Source of the DNA: Selaginella moellendorffii
Lineage: Eukaryota; Plantae; Lycopodiophyta
Reading direction: 5' to 3'
Length of the DNA: 64,000 nucleotides
Assembly (NCBI RefSeq): GCF_000143415.4
Contig: NW_003314387.1
Location: forward strand, 186,001 to 250,000
The translations under genes were made by a program, and so were the position numbers. Below are positions 46,342 to 57,200 of the stretch, piece by piece (position 1 is the first letter of the stretch; every line of letters starts with the position of its first letter). A model generated the notes under the pieces. It made no database searches, was not told the DNA's origin, and saw only the letters and a program-made list of their open reading frames with translations.

Positions 46342-48594
46342 TTATTTTCTTACACTGGAATAGATGTTTGAGAGGAGAACATATGTACTAGTACCTCTTG
46401 GCACCATTTCCACCACCTGCGTGGCTACTCTAGATCCAAGTTTTACCTCTCCATGCGTGTTGCAAGCACCCAATAGAGCTTGCCAGGCTATTGCATCGGC
46501 TTGCACTGGCATATGGTCAATCAAAGTTTTTGCTTGCTCAAGCCACCCAGCCTTTCCAAGGAGATCAACCATGCAGCCATAGTGATTCATTTGTGGGATC
46601 AATCCATAGTCATCACACATCCTCGTCAGGTACTCGAGCCCATCTTCCAAGAGCCCAGCATTGCCACAACCAAAAATCACTCCCAGCAAAGTTATGTGGT
46701 CGGGTTCTATCCCTTCCAAGCTCAACTCTAGCAAGAGCTCCACGGTTTCACTGCCATGCCCGTTATGGGCATACGCTGCGATCATGGCATTCCAAGAGAC
46801 GAGATCTTTTCTCATCGACTGGAACGTTTCTCTTGCTAGAACCAAGTTGCCACACTTTCCATACATGTTTACAAGCGCGTTTCCAAGGTTTGTGTCGAGT
46901 TGAGACCCATAGACTCTCTCGATTCTTTGGTGGATATTTCTTCCTCGTGTAAGGCACGGAAGGCTAGCGCAAGCATCCACCGCTCCAATGAAAGTCACCG
47001 AGTCAGGCTTTATACCCTCCAGATCCATCTCTCTCAAAAGGTGGAGAGCTTCTCTCCCGAGTCCTCTCTCGGCATATCCACACAGCATGGCCGTCCATGC
47101 CACCACTCCTCGTCTCTCCACTAGATCGAATATCTTCCTGGCTTGCTCCAAGTTTCCACTGCGACAATACAAGCTCACAAGAGCATGACCTACGAAGAGA
47201 TTGGATTCTAAACCATCGGAGACAATCCTCGCAAAGACGCGATCAAAGAGTGGAGTGTTTGGAGTTTCCAGCGAGCTTACAACGTTGAGATAAGTGATCT
47301 CGTCCGGCCTTAAGCCTTCGTTGTCCATCTTGCAAAGCAAGTGTAGAACATCACTGAATTTCTCATGCTTGACAAACATCGTCATCAGTGTGTTCCAGGC
47401 CACCACATTGTCGTGAAGAAGGATCTCAAACAAACTTCTAGCATCCTCCAAGCTCCCACACTTCGTATACATGTTCATCACACTGTTCCCCAGGATCACG
47501 TTGCTCGAGAGCCCAGCTTGGACGATCCGAGCGTGCAATTCTCGGCCCTTTTCTAGCGCAACAACATCGGCACAAGCATCCAAGATCGTCACAAATGTAA
47601 CCACGTTTGCCTTCACCCCTTCCTGGTCCATCTCTCGAAACAATCTCAAAGCGTCCCAGCCATGGCTGTTTTGAGCGTAGACCGATATCATCCCTGTCCA
47701 AGTGACAACGCTCCTGCGACCATCCATCGACTCAAAAACTTTAGCTGCGTCGTCCACGCTGTGGCATTTGCCATACATGTTGAGCAGCGAGTTCCCAAGC
47801 ATAGTGTCCGAGAGAAGCTGCTCGTCCTCCACAGCTATGCGATGGTGGATCTCTTTTCCTCGTTGCAAAGCAGCCATTGTGGCGCATGCGTCCAGAACCG
47901 CAAGATAAGTCACCTTGTCCGGCTTCACATCCATCTCCTCAAACAATCCCAAAACTCGAGTGGAATACCCATTACGGGCATATGCTGAGAGGAAGGAGTT
48001 CCAGGAGACAACATCTCGTACCTCCATGCTCGAAAACACCATCTTTGCTTCGTCCATCCCGCCACACCTCCCATACATGTTGATCACGCTGTTTGCCACA
48101 GCCAAGTCTTGATCACAGCCACTCTCATTGATAAGCCTGTGGATTTGTCGTCCGATATCAACGCTCAAACCCGAGCAAGCATCGAGAGCACTGAGATACG
48201 TTACTTTGTGTGGCCTGGTTCCATCGAGCAGCATTCTCCGGAAGACTTCGATGGCTTGGGCGTGCTGCTTGTTCTTGGCCATGGCAGAAACCATGACATT
48301 CCAAGACACCACATTTCTTTCTCGCATGCTCTCGAACACCAAGGACGCATCTTGGCTGCTGCCACACTTGCCATACATCTCCACCAGCAAGTTCTGAATG
48401 AATCGACTGTCCCGGTGCTCGCTCTTGCGCAGCTTGGAGTGCGCTAGCCGGGCTTGCTCGAGAGATTTCTCGACGCAGCACTTGCGGAGGATGCTGGCAT
48501 ATGTTGCCGCGTCGGTGGCATCGGTCACGCATCGAATTTCTTCTGCTAGTGTAGAGCGCGAGTTTGCGATTGCAAGCTCGCTAGTGGGAGGCAT
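46342..48594 (-). CDS. PLS-class PPR protein ending in a partial E domain (no DYW), 750 aa
   Basis: PLS repeats, HYGCMVDLLGKAGWL, AWQALLGAC and STYVLLSNIY followed by a stop. Confidence 0.93.
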   Translation of the reverse strand: MPPTSELAIANSRSTLAEEIRCVTDATDAATYASILRKCCVEKSLEQARLAHSKLRKSEHRDSRFIQNLLVEMYGKCGSSQDASLVFESMRERNVVSWNVMVSAMAKNKQHAQAIEVFRRMLLDGTRPHKVTYLSALDACSGLSVDIGRQIHRLINESGCDQDLAVANSVINMYGRCGGMDEAKMVFSSMEVRDVVSWNSFLSAYARNGYSTRVLGLFEEMDVKPDKVTYLAVLDACATMAALQRGKEIHHRIAVEDEQLLSDTMLGNSLLNMYGKCHSVDDAAKVFESMDGRRSVVTWTGMISVYAQNSHGWDALRLFREMDQEGVKANVVTFVTILDACADVVALEKGRELHARIVQAGLSSNVILGNSVMNMYTKCGSLEDARSLFEILLHDNVVAWNTLMTMFVKHEKFSDVLHLLCKMDNEGLRPDEITYLNVVSSLETPNTPLFDRVFARIVSDGLESNLFVGHALVSLYCRSGNLEQARKIFDLVERRGVVAWTAMLCGYAERGLGREALHLLREMDLEGIKPDSVTFIGAVDACASLPCLTRGRNIHQRIERVYGSQLDTNLGNALVNMYGKCGNLVLARETFQSMRKDLVSWNAMIAAYAHNGHGSETVELLLELSLEGIEPDHITLLGVIFGCGNAGLLEDGLEYLTRMCDDYGLIPQMNHYGCMVDLLGKAGWLEQAKTLIDHMPVQADAIAWQALLGACNTHGEVKLGSRVATQVVEMVPRGTSTYVLLSNIYSSVRK

Positions 48595-48711
48595 AAGCCA
48601 GCTTGGCCGTCATGAATCATACCAAAACTACACACTATAAATAAATCAAGTTCATTTCATATAAGACACTCTAAATGAAAGCTTCTAGTTGGCATGCCTC
48701 CTACACTCCTG

Positions 48712-49120
48712 GCGTGCTCGCTGAGGATCTGGACGAGGCTGGCAGCGAGGCGACCACTCTAGCTGTTGGAAATCCACTCACGAACGTATGGAGAATTTGA
48801 TATCAATGCTTAAAAGATCATGGCATTACCATGTAATTCTCAAGTTTGACGACCAGCATGCTATGGATTATGATTCCAAGAAAAATGCTTGGGGAGCTCG
48901 TCCTTGTCGTCGGATCTCAACTCCACTATAACTCCATGTAACACTTGGCATGGGGACAAGTTCGTGTTGCGGGTGGATAAAGGCTCATTGAGATGGAGGT
49001 GAGGTTCTTCTTGACGAAGCGCCAACACATTCTGCTCTACCAGGACGAGCACTTGTCAGATGAGAAAACTTTGATGAAGGAAGTAAGCAATGTTACCGTT
49101 GCATTCGTTCCTACCTTGGC
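48712..49120 (+). pseudogene. F-box gene 3' fragment (paralog of 51121-51915)
   Basis: GAGGATCTGGAC..GGCAGCGAGGC..AGCTGTTGGAAATCCACT and ..SNVTVAFVPTLA, with deletions and no F-box N-terminus. Confidence 0.8.
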
Positions 49121-49139
49121 CAGAAAAGAGAGAACATCG

Positions 49140-50239
49140 TCAAGTGATCCGGATGACTGCGATCATGAATATGAAGACGCAAAACATGGCAAAGATGAGA
49201 AGCCAAGTGTAGCATCCAGTGCTAAAGCCTCGCGAGTAGAGCTCGCCGGCTCTTCGAGTCACACGGTTCGCGGAGGCCAAGCTTCGCTCTACAGCCTCGC
49301 CAGTGGCATCCACAACCTGGACAGAGTAACAAATCATGTCAGAAATAAAAGAAAGAATCCTGAAAAAAAAGGAACAATTCTAGGAGATGATTTGGAACAA
49401 ACTTTGTCTGTGTCTTGCAGGGATTGTTGCATGAGCAGTGTCGACTCTTTCATGTGTCGAGCTAACGCCACCATTTCATCTGTTAGATCGTCCTGGAGTC
49501 GCCTGAGCAAAAGAAGAAACTAAAGTACGATCCAGAAAAACAAAGAGAAAGTACCGATGCTTTCCAATGAATTCGTGAGTGGCACTGTCGAGTTTCACTT
49601 CTTCTTTTGAAGGACCAGGCTCGGGATCGTCACGCTGGATGCTGCTTGGCCGAAAGAATAACACAAGATGATCATGTAGTAGACTTGATAACTTACTGTC
49701 TCTTTCGAAGATTGCGCTCGGGAACTGGAGTTTCGGCAGGAGTCGCCGAGAATTCGTCCTCGACATCGGCGTTCGAGGTAGAAGTTTTGAGCGCATCCCA
49801 CATATCTGCCTTTTTTTTTTTTTTATCCTCGTAATAGTCTACAAGAGAAAAACACAAAAGGAAAAAACGTTTCTAGCTTACCATTTGTGTGACGTTGATC
49901 TTCTCGGCAAACGCTTCAATCTGTTCGCCATACTCTCGGGCTTTGTCCATTGAAATGCTGCCATGGATGGAAGAAAACTTGTTAGCAATGAATGAATCGA
50001 TATTTTTCCCATCCTTTTAGCTAAGATCTACCTGGGAAGATTTTGCTGGGCGTTCTCTCCCGTGAGAACAGTGAGGAGCTCTCTAGCCGTTGCCACATAC
50101 TACAATCCCTCGTCAAATTTGATCGAATCAGGGCTCCAATCTAATCAATGCTTACATGGACGAGCTTGCGCTCATTCTCCTGCCTGGGCATCGACGCCAG
50201 CAGCCTCCGCAGCTTCACCTCCGCCTTGCTCAGCCCCAT
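49140..50239 (-). CDS. USE1: Use1-family ER Qc-SNARE (multi-exon; frame across an A14 run uncertain)
   Basis: MGLSKAEVKLRRLLASMPRQENERKLVH|YVATARELL..., VKLDSATHEFIGKHR|RLQDDLTDEMVALARHMKESTLLMQQSLQDT, and a C-terminal TM TWLLIFAMFCVFIFMIAVIRIT. Confidence 0.8.
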
Positions 50240-50559
50240 GATCGATCGATCACTCTATTTCTCAAATTTTAGGGTTCTTGAGCTACATTTTCATGGAAAT
50301 TTATTTTCCATGACCTCCGTTGACTTCCATTGACTTTAGCTTGACCAACAGCATGGTCTCAACGATCTCTCTGGAAGAGTGCTTTCTGGGGTTGATCATA
50401 GTCCCTCCATACCAGAGGAAGGACGATGGCATGTTAATTCAGTGCATGGATCCAAAAATGGCGAGCTAGATTTAATAGAGCACAAGACACTGCCAAACAC
50501 ACAGTATAGTCATGATCGCATCGCATCTTGCAGCACCTTCGCTCGGCATTTTTCATACA

Positions 50560-51012
50560 CGGTCACGAGCGCCTACACGTCCCTAGCGACTGATTCTCTT
50601 GTGGAGAGCTCTTCCTTGTTTAATGGCATCGCCACCATCGTTGGAGCAAGCTCCCAGCGCGAGCATGGGAGAGACTGTGCTCGGTTTGCTGAGATACGGT
50701 ATTGTTTGTGGCCTGGTTCCATTGAGCAGCATTCTCCGGAAGACCTCGATGGCTTGGGCGTGCTGCTTGTCAGAAACCATGACATTCCAAGACAACACAT
50801 TTCTTTCTCGCATCCAAGTACGCATCTTGCCCTTGCCATACATCTCCACCACCAAGCTCTGAATGAATCGGCCGTCCCGGTGCTCGCTCTTGCGCAGCTT
50901 GGAGTGCGCTCGAGAGATTTTCTCGACGCAGCAGGATGGTGGCATATGTTGCCGCATCGGTGGCATCGGTCACGCATCGAATTTCTTCTGATAGTGTCTT
51001 CGTGGAAGGCAT
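50560..51012 (-). pseudogene. Chimeric PPR pseudogene: 5' part copies the 48594 PPR, 3' part matches 52820-52925
   Basis: EEIRCVTDATDAATYA..AHSKLRKSEHRD..QAIEVFRRMLL fused to LALGACSNDGGDAIKQGRALH, with frameshifts. Confidence 0.85.
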
Positions 51013-51120
51013 AAGCCGAATCCCAAAATCACGTTCATTTGATATAAATATAGGGATAAGGAAACCTTTTTTCCCCGCGACTATAAAAGGTACCCACCGA
51101 AGAAGATAACGGAGCCAAGC

Positions 51121-51915
51121 ATGGGAGCGTTTGATGCTCTGGGCGATGATCTAGTGCTCGACATCTTGTCTCGCCTCAGCCCAGCAGATATAATCCTCAA
51201 AGCCGGGCGCATATGCAAGCAATGGCATCTGCTTGCACGCTCACAGGAGCTTAGAGAAGCTGTGGCGCGCAGGGCAGCCGGAGATCCATGGTTTGGAGAT
51301 CTGGAGCCATGGCTTGTGTTACAATGTGGCCGCCGCTTGCTCTTGTATCCTTCACTGGACGCTCTCCTCAACAATCAGGGCAGGGAGCTTGATCATCGCT
51401 CCTTCTCCGTCGGTCCGCCGGGACACCGGTTTTGCTTCGTGGCGTGTTCGCTGGGGCTTGTGTGTGGGAGGCTGGAGGATCTGGACCAGACTGGCAGCGA
51501 GGCCATGACTTTAGCTGTTGGAAATCCACTGACGAATGCGTGGACAATTCTTCCCCGTCTTGATGTCAAGGAGAAGCCGTGGGAATACGTCTTTAGAGTT
51601 ACGAGGTCAGGGCATTACCATGTGGATGTCGCATTTGCCACGCTCGTCATGGATTATAATTCGCAGACAAATGATTGGGGATCTTATCATGATCCTGATC
51701 GTTTGATGTCAACTCCATACTTCGTGGGATCATGTATCGAGGGCATATTCGTGTTGCGGGTGGACAAAAGGTCTTTGTCATGGAGGATCTACTTGACGAA
51801 GGACCAACACGTCGTATTCTACCAGGATCGGCATCATTTCTCACATGAGAAAACTTTGACGACGGGAGTAAGCAATGTTACCATGGCATTCCTTCCTACC
51901 TTAGCCATGCCTTAA
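51121..51915 (+). CDS. F-box protein, 264 aa, intronless
   Basis: F-box-like LGDDLVLDILSRLSPADIILKAGRICKQWHLL, then ACSLGLVC and AVGNPLTNAWTILP. TATAAAA lies ~40 bp upstream. Confidence 0.8.
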   Translation: MGAFDALGDDLVLDILSRLSPADIILKAGRICKQWHLLARSQELREAVARRAAGDPWFGDLEPWLVLQCGRRLLLYPSLDALLNNQGRELDHRSFSVGPPGHRFCFVACSLGLVCGRLEDLDQTGSEAMTLAVGNPLTNAWTILPRLDVKEKPWEYVFRVTRSGHYHVDVAFATLVMDYNSQTNDWGSYHDPDRLMSTPYFVGSCIEGIFVLRVDKRSLSWRIYLTKDQHVVFYQDRHHFSHEKTLTTGVSNVTMAFLPTLAMP

Positions 51916-52015
51916 AACAATCTGGACGTATACTTTTAAAAACTTTGAGCAAGTGACATAATCTTTGGAGCATATATATGAACAGTGTTACTACCAGCTT
52001 AGAGACTCGTGCTTG

Positions 52016-52660
52016 TCAAGTGATCCGGATGACTGCGATCGTGAATATGAAAACACAAAGCATGGCGAAGATGAGAAGCCAAGAGTAGAACTCGCCGGTT
52101 CTTCGGTTCGCGGAGGCCAAGCTTCTGTAGAGCGTCGCCAGTGGCATCCACAACTTGGACAGAGCATGCAAGCAAGCAAACCGTGTCAGAAAAGAAAGAA
52201 TCGTGAATTCCAGGAGAGGTTTTGGAACAAACTTTGGGGGTGTCTTTGCAGGGATTGTTGCATGAGTAATGTCGACTCTTAATTGTGTCAAGCTAGCGAC
52301 CATTTCATCTGTTAGATCGTCCTGGAAGCAAAAGAAGAGATTAAAGTACGATCCGAAAACAAAGAGAAGTACCGAATTTTACACGATCCATTGATCTCCT
52401 TTATCTTGTATTTTCAGCATCCAGCATGACGATCCCGAGCCTGGTCCTTCAAAAGAACAAGTGAAACTCGACTGTGCCACTCACGAATTCGGTAACCAGA
52501 GAAAAACTTACTGTCTCTTTCGAGAATTCCTCCTCGCATCGGCGTTCAAGGTAGCGCATCCCTCTAGCGTACCCATACTCTTTGCCATGGATGAAAGAAT
52601 ATGATATTTTTGCCATCCTTGTTGTACGATCCACCTGGGAAAAGTTTGCTGGGCGTTCCA
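52016..52660 (-). pseudogene. Use1 pseudogene (deleted, one exon inverted)
   Basis: Ends SWLLIFAMLCVFIFTIAVIRIT*. Colinear with 49140-50060 but with many deletions. Confidence 0.85.
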
Positions 52661-52814
52661 ACCTAAGCATGTGGAGCCCCGATTCGATGAGGGATTGCTC
52701 TTGAGCTATTTTAATGGAAGTTTTTTGTTTGTCATTCACCATGTCCGTCATTGACCGCCATTGACTTTAGCTTGACCAACAGCTTGGTAAAGCGATCTCT
52801 TGGAGGAATGCTGT

Positions 52815-53625
52815 TGGCCTACACGTCGCTGGCGACCGATCCTCTCGTGGAGAGCTCTTCCCTGCTTGATGACATCGCCACCGTCGTTGGAGCAAGCTTC
52901 CAGCGCAAGCATGAGAGAGACTCTGCTCGAAGATCCATCTCGCGGAAGATTTGCAGCGCTTCCTTGCCGGATCCAATCTGAGCGTAGGCAGCGACGAGCG
53001 AGAGTTCCAGCACATCGCGTCCTCGTCGAAATCTTTCCTTGCATCGTTGAGGCTATGGCAGCAAATCGCGTGAAGACTTTCCTTGCATCGTCGAGGCTAT
53101 GGCAGCGAGCATACATGTTGAGCAGCGCCGTGTGGAGCATCTCCAGCGATCTTCCTCGCCATTGCGAGAGAATGGATCGTTCCAGCGAGTTGCAAGCATC
53201 CACAACGCTAAAGAACGTCAAGCAATCCGGCTTGGGGCCACTGGGATCTTCCAGCATTCTCTTGAAGAGGTTGACAAGTTCTTCCTGTGTAATCCGAGAT
53301 CGTATTCCAGTTCACATGTCTGCTCTTCATGGATCAAAGGTCTCCCTCGCAGTGTCCAGTGATCCGCTGAGTAGAGGCAATTGGCAATGGAGAGATTATC
53401 GCCTCCAGAGCGAATGTATAAGATCCTCGTGAGACGTGATCATCGGTGATCGAGATAGACGACACGATCCCTTCGAGGAGCATCATCAGGGATCCACGAT
53501 GGTTGTGAGCGCACGCCAAGATCCTTCTCGCACTTGCCAGTTCTGGGCAAATGCTGCGATCGCAATGTTGACCTTCCATCTTGTGAAAGACTCCCAACGC
53601 CGCGCGGACGCACTTCCCTGCATTT
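52815..53625 (-). pseudogene. PPR pseudogene fragments
   Basis: KPDCLTFFSVVDAC, HTALLNMYARCHSLDDARKVF and LVAAYAQIGSGKEALQIFREMD in shifting frames. Confidence 0.8.
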
Positions 53626-53710
53626 CCCTGAGGATATTTCCGGAGAACCTGTGACGATCTAGGCCACCGTGAATGCGCTTGCCCCGTGAAACGGGTTTCG
53701 ACCTAGAAAA

Positions 53711-53719
53711 TTTCCCGCC
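53711..53719 (+). promoter_or_regulatory. Candidate E2F site (TTTCCCGCC); telo-box AAACCCTA at 54071-54078
   Basis: Motif matches only, upstream of the ORF at 54233. Confidence 0.3.
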
Positions 53720-54232
53720 AAGCGACTAGGATATTCTATTATATTCGATATTTTGAAACATCCCGCCATTGTTTGCCCTTTGCTTGGATGGAGACCTAAA
53801 TTGCGCATTGCTCTTCAATGCGTGCTCATCCATGGCGCCGACGCCGGCGTGCGTCGCTAGAATCTCCTCGGCGTGGCACTGGCGTATTTCACTCTCTGGC
53901 CGGTCCGATCTTTGGGATCAGGCAGCTAGCCGCCATTCTTGGTGCGTATTTTCCAGTTTTCTCGCGGTTTTCTCGATTGAGTCTCGCGCTAGCTGGCTTT
54001 GATCGGTACGCGAGACGAATCGATCTTGCAGATGGATGGCGTCGGCCACCGCGGTTGTTCTTGGGGGAAGAAACCCTAGCTTGGCGACGACGGAAGAATA
54101 TAAAGGTCCATTCCTTGATGCTAACTTAGTAACTATTTTATTCTCCAGGATCACTTTGGTTTTTACCGATGGTTTTCTATCGAGCTATAAAGGTATGGGT
54201 TAAAAGCCAGAGGTCATATTGTAAGCAAGAAA

Positions 54233-57200
54233 ATGGCAGGAGGTCGGCTCGGGGAGCCATGGAAGCGCCGGCGAATTGCGGCACCAGTGGCATCGGAAAT
54301 GGGAGAGATCCATGCTACCGAGCTTGAACTTCTCGGCGAGGCGGCAGCGGTCGGTAACGAAGCAGTGACGACGAGCTTCAGCGATTCCGGGCCAGTAGTG
54401 ACAGATGATCCCGCAAGAACTTCTCTTCCCAGGTCTTCATCATCCATCCAGCTTCCAGCGGTCGCAGCAGAAGACCAAGTCTTTGTCCCTAGCGATCCAG
54501 GCTCCGGATTTGATCACCTCGGCGACATTCAGCGGTCGCATGCGAGGATCGGGGGCGAGGCAGCGACGGATGATCCTTTTCCAAGCTTTGGTTCGCTGAC
54601 AAGCTTCGCGGATTTGTCATCTTTCCAGCGCAGCTCGACCTTAGCGATCGCAGCAAAAGTGGAAGCCTTTGAGCAGCCGGGAAGCACAGCTCAGGATTTC
54701 TCTCCCGTGGGAGTGGTGGCGGCCACCTTGGTCCCAGCGGTCGCAGCGAAAGACCAAGCCTTCGGTGCTAGCAGTCCAGGCTCCGGCCTCCGCGGCATTC
54801 AGTCCCATGCGGCGATCAGTGGCGAAGCAGCGACAGGAGATTATGGGCCTGTAGCGACTGATGATCCGACCAGCTTGAGCGCTAGCGATTCCAACGTCCA
54901 GGTGTGGGAGGCAACGCAGGATTTCTCTCTAGGCGAAATAGCGGACGCCATCGTACGCAACTATTTCGATGGCAAGCTTCCACGGGACTCCGCCAGACCA
55001 GCCGAGGCCATCATGCGCAACTATTTCGATGGTACGCCTTCATGGGACTCCGACCGAGCCCAGGTTTCTCCTGTGAGAATGACGTCGGCCAGCTTGGGCG
55101 ATTTATATGGCAGGCTGGAGTTCTACCAGACGGTACGTGTAGCTCAGGCGGTAGAAATGGTCGCACACTCCTTTGGCGATTTCCATAAGTACAGGAGTTG
55201 GCATCCATGGGCTTTCGAGGAGGCGCACCAGTTCTCTCGACACGACGATCCAACGATAGTAGAAGTGGAGAACCAATTTTCGTGGGCTGAAGGGGAGCTC
55301 CCCTAGAAGCGGAGGACCATGCAGCAAGAGAAGAAGAAAAAGATCACGAAACGGGACAAGAAGACGATGTAGACGAAGATGAATTCGCACAGATAGAAGA
55401 GGATCCAAGAGTGGATGATGCTCAATGCGACAGGCTTGAGAGTAAGGACGACGAGGCAGTGGAGATACAGGTTCCGGCGCACCAGTTCCCTCGAGACGAT
55501 GATCCAGCGGAAATCCAAATTTCATGGGACGAAGCTGTGCAGGAGCTCCTCCGGGACGGCACAGAATCGGAAAGTATGGAAGAAGTAAGAGAAGAAGACG
55601 AGCACGCAGAGATAGAAGCGGAGGACCATGCAGCGAGAGAAGAAGAAGAAGAAGATAACAAAGCAGGAGAAGCAGACGATGTAGACGAAGATGAATTTGC
55701 ACAGATAGAAGAGGATGCAGGAGTGGACGATGCTCAATGTGACGGGCTTGAGAGTGAGGACGACGAGGCAGCGGAGATACAGGTTCCGGCACACAAGTTC
55801 CCTCAAGACGACGATCTAGCGGAAATCCAAATTTCGTGGGACGAAGCGATGCAGGAGCTCGTCCGAGACAGCACAGCAAGCTTGGAAGGTATGGAAGAAG
55901 CACGACAAGAAGACGAGCACGCAGTGATAGAAGCGGAGGACCATGCAGCGAGAGAAGAAGAAGAAGAAGATAACAAAGCAGGAGAAGCAGACGATGTAGA
56001 CGAAGATGAATTTGCACAGATAGAAAAGGATGCAGGAGTGGACGATGCTCAATGTGACGGGCTCGAGAGTGAGGACGACGAGGCAGCGGAGATACAGGTT
56101 TTGGCACACCAGTTCCCTCAAGACGACGATCTAGCGGAAATCCAAATTTCGTGGGACGAAGCGATGCAGGAGCTCGTCCGAGACAGCACAGCAAGCTTGG
56201 AAGGTATGGAAGAAGCACGACAAGAAGACGAGCACGCAGTGATAGAAGCGGAGGACCATGCAGCGAGAGAAGAAGAAGAAGAAGATAACAAAGCAGGAGA
56301 AGCAGACGATGTAGACGAAGATGAATTTGCACAGATAGAAAAGGATGCAGGAGTGGACGATGCTCAATGTGACGGGCTCGAGAGTGAGGACGACGAGGCA
56401 GCGGAGATACAGGTTTTGGCACACCAGTTCCCTCAAGACGACGATCTAGCGGAAATCCAAATTTCGTGGGACGAAGTGATGCAGGAGCTCGTCCAAGACA
56501 GCACAGCAAGCTTGGAAGGTATGGAAGAAGTACGACAAGAAGACGAGCATGCAGTGATAGAAGCGGATGACCATGCAGTGAGAGAAGAAGAAGAAGAAGA
56601 AGACGAGGATGTGGTGGTAGACGAGGACTTTGCACAGATAGAAGAGTATGATCCAGGAGTGGACGATGATCAATGTGACTGGCTCAAGAGTGAAGACGAC
56701 GAGGCAGAAGTTGACAATTGGATAGTCGAGCCTAAAGAGGACAAGGATCCGACAGGAGGTGCGGCAGTGCCAGATCTCGACGAGCAGGCAAAAGACGACT
56801 ATCTCGTGGCTGTGCCATATCAAACACTGGAGCCTGAAGATCAACTCGTGGCAGTGGCACCACGAGATCCAAGCATGGATGAGGAATCAAACGACGATGA
56901 TCTAGTCGTGGCAGCGAACGCGGCGACAGTGCCAGATCCAGAAGCTCCGGCGGCTGTGGAACCAGGTTTGTCACACTTGTGCATTTGTTTTTCATGATCC
57001 CTTAATTTCTTTGCAGACTTCTACGAACAGTTCTCTCCGGATTTCTGGGCTTTGCCTCGCAGCTACGACCAATTTCTCGACAATTTGTTTTTACAAACGA
57101 CCCTTTTGTTCGATCTCATGTATTAATTCGCGCCAATAATATATTTGTGCCCTATCCCCGTGTAAAGGAAGAACCTTAATGGAGATAGCTGTAGGATGGA

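Noticed and set aside
55103-56635. 510-aa Leu/Arg/His-rich minus-strand ORF
   Set aside because: Antisense reading of the 315-bp acidic repeat; splice signals and neighbouring exons support the plus strand.
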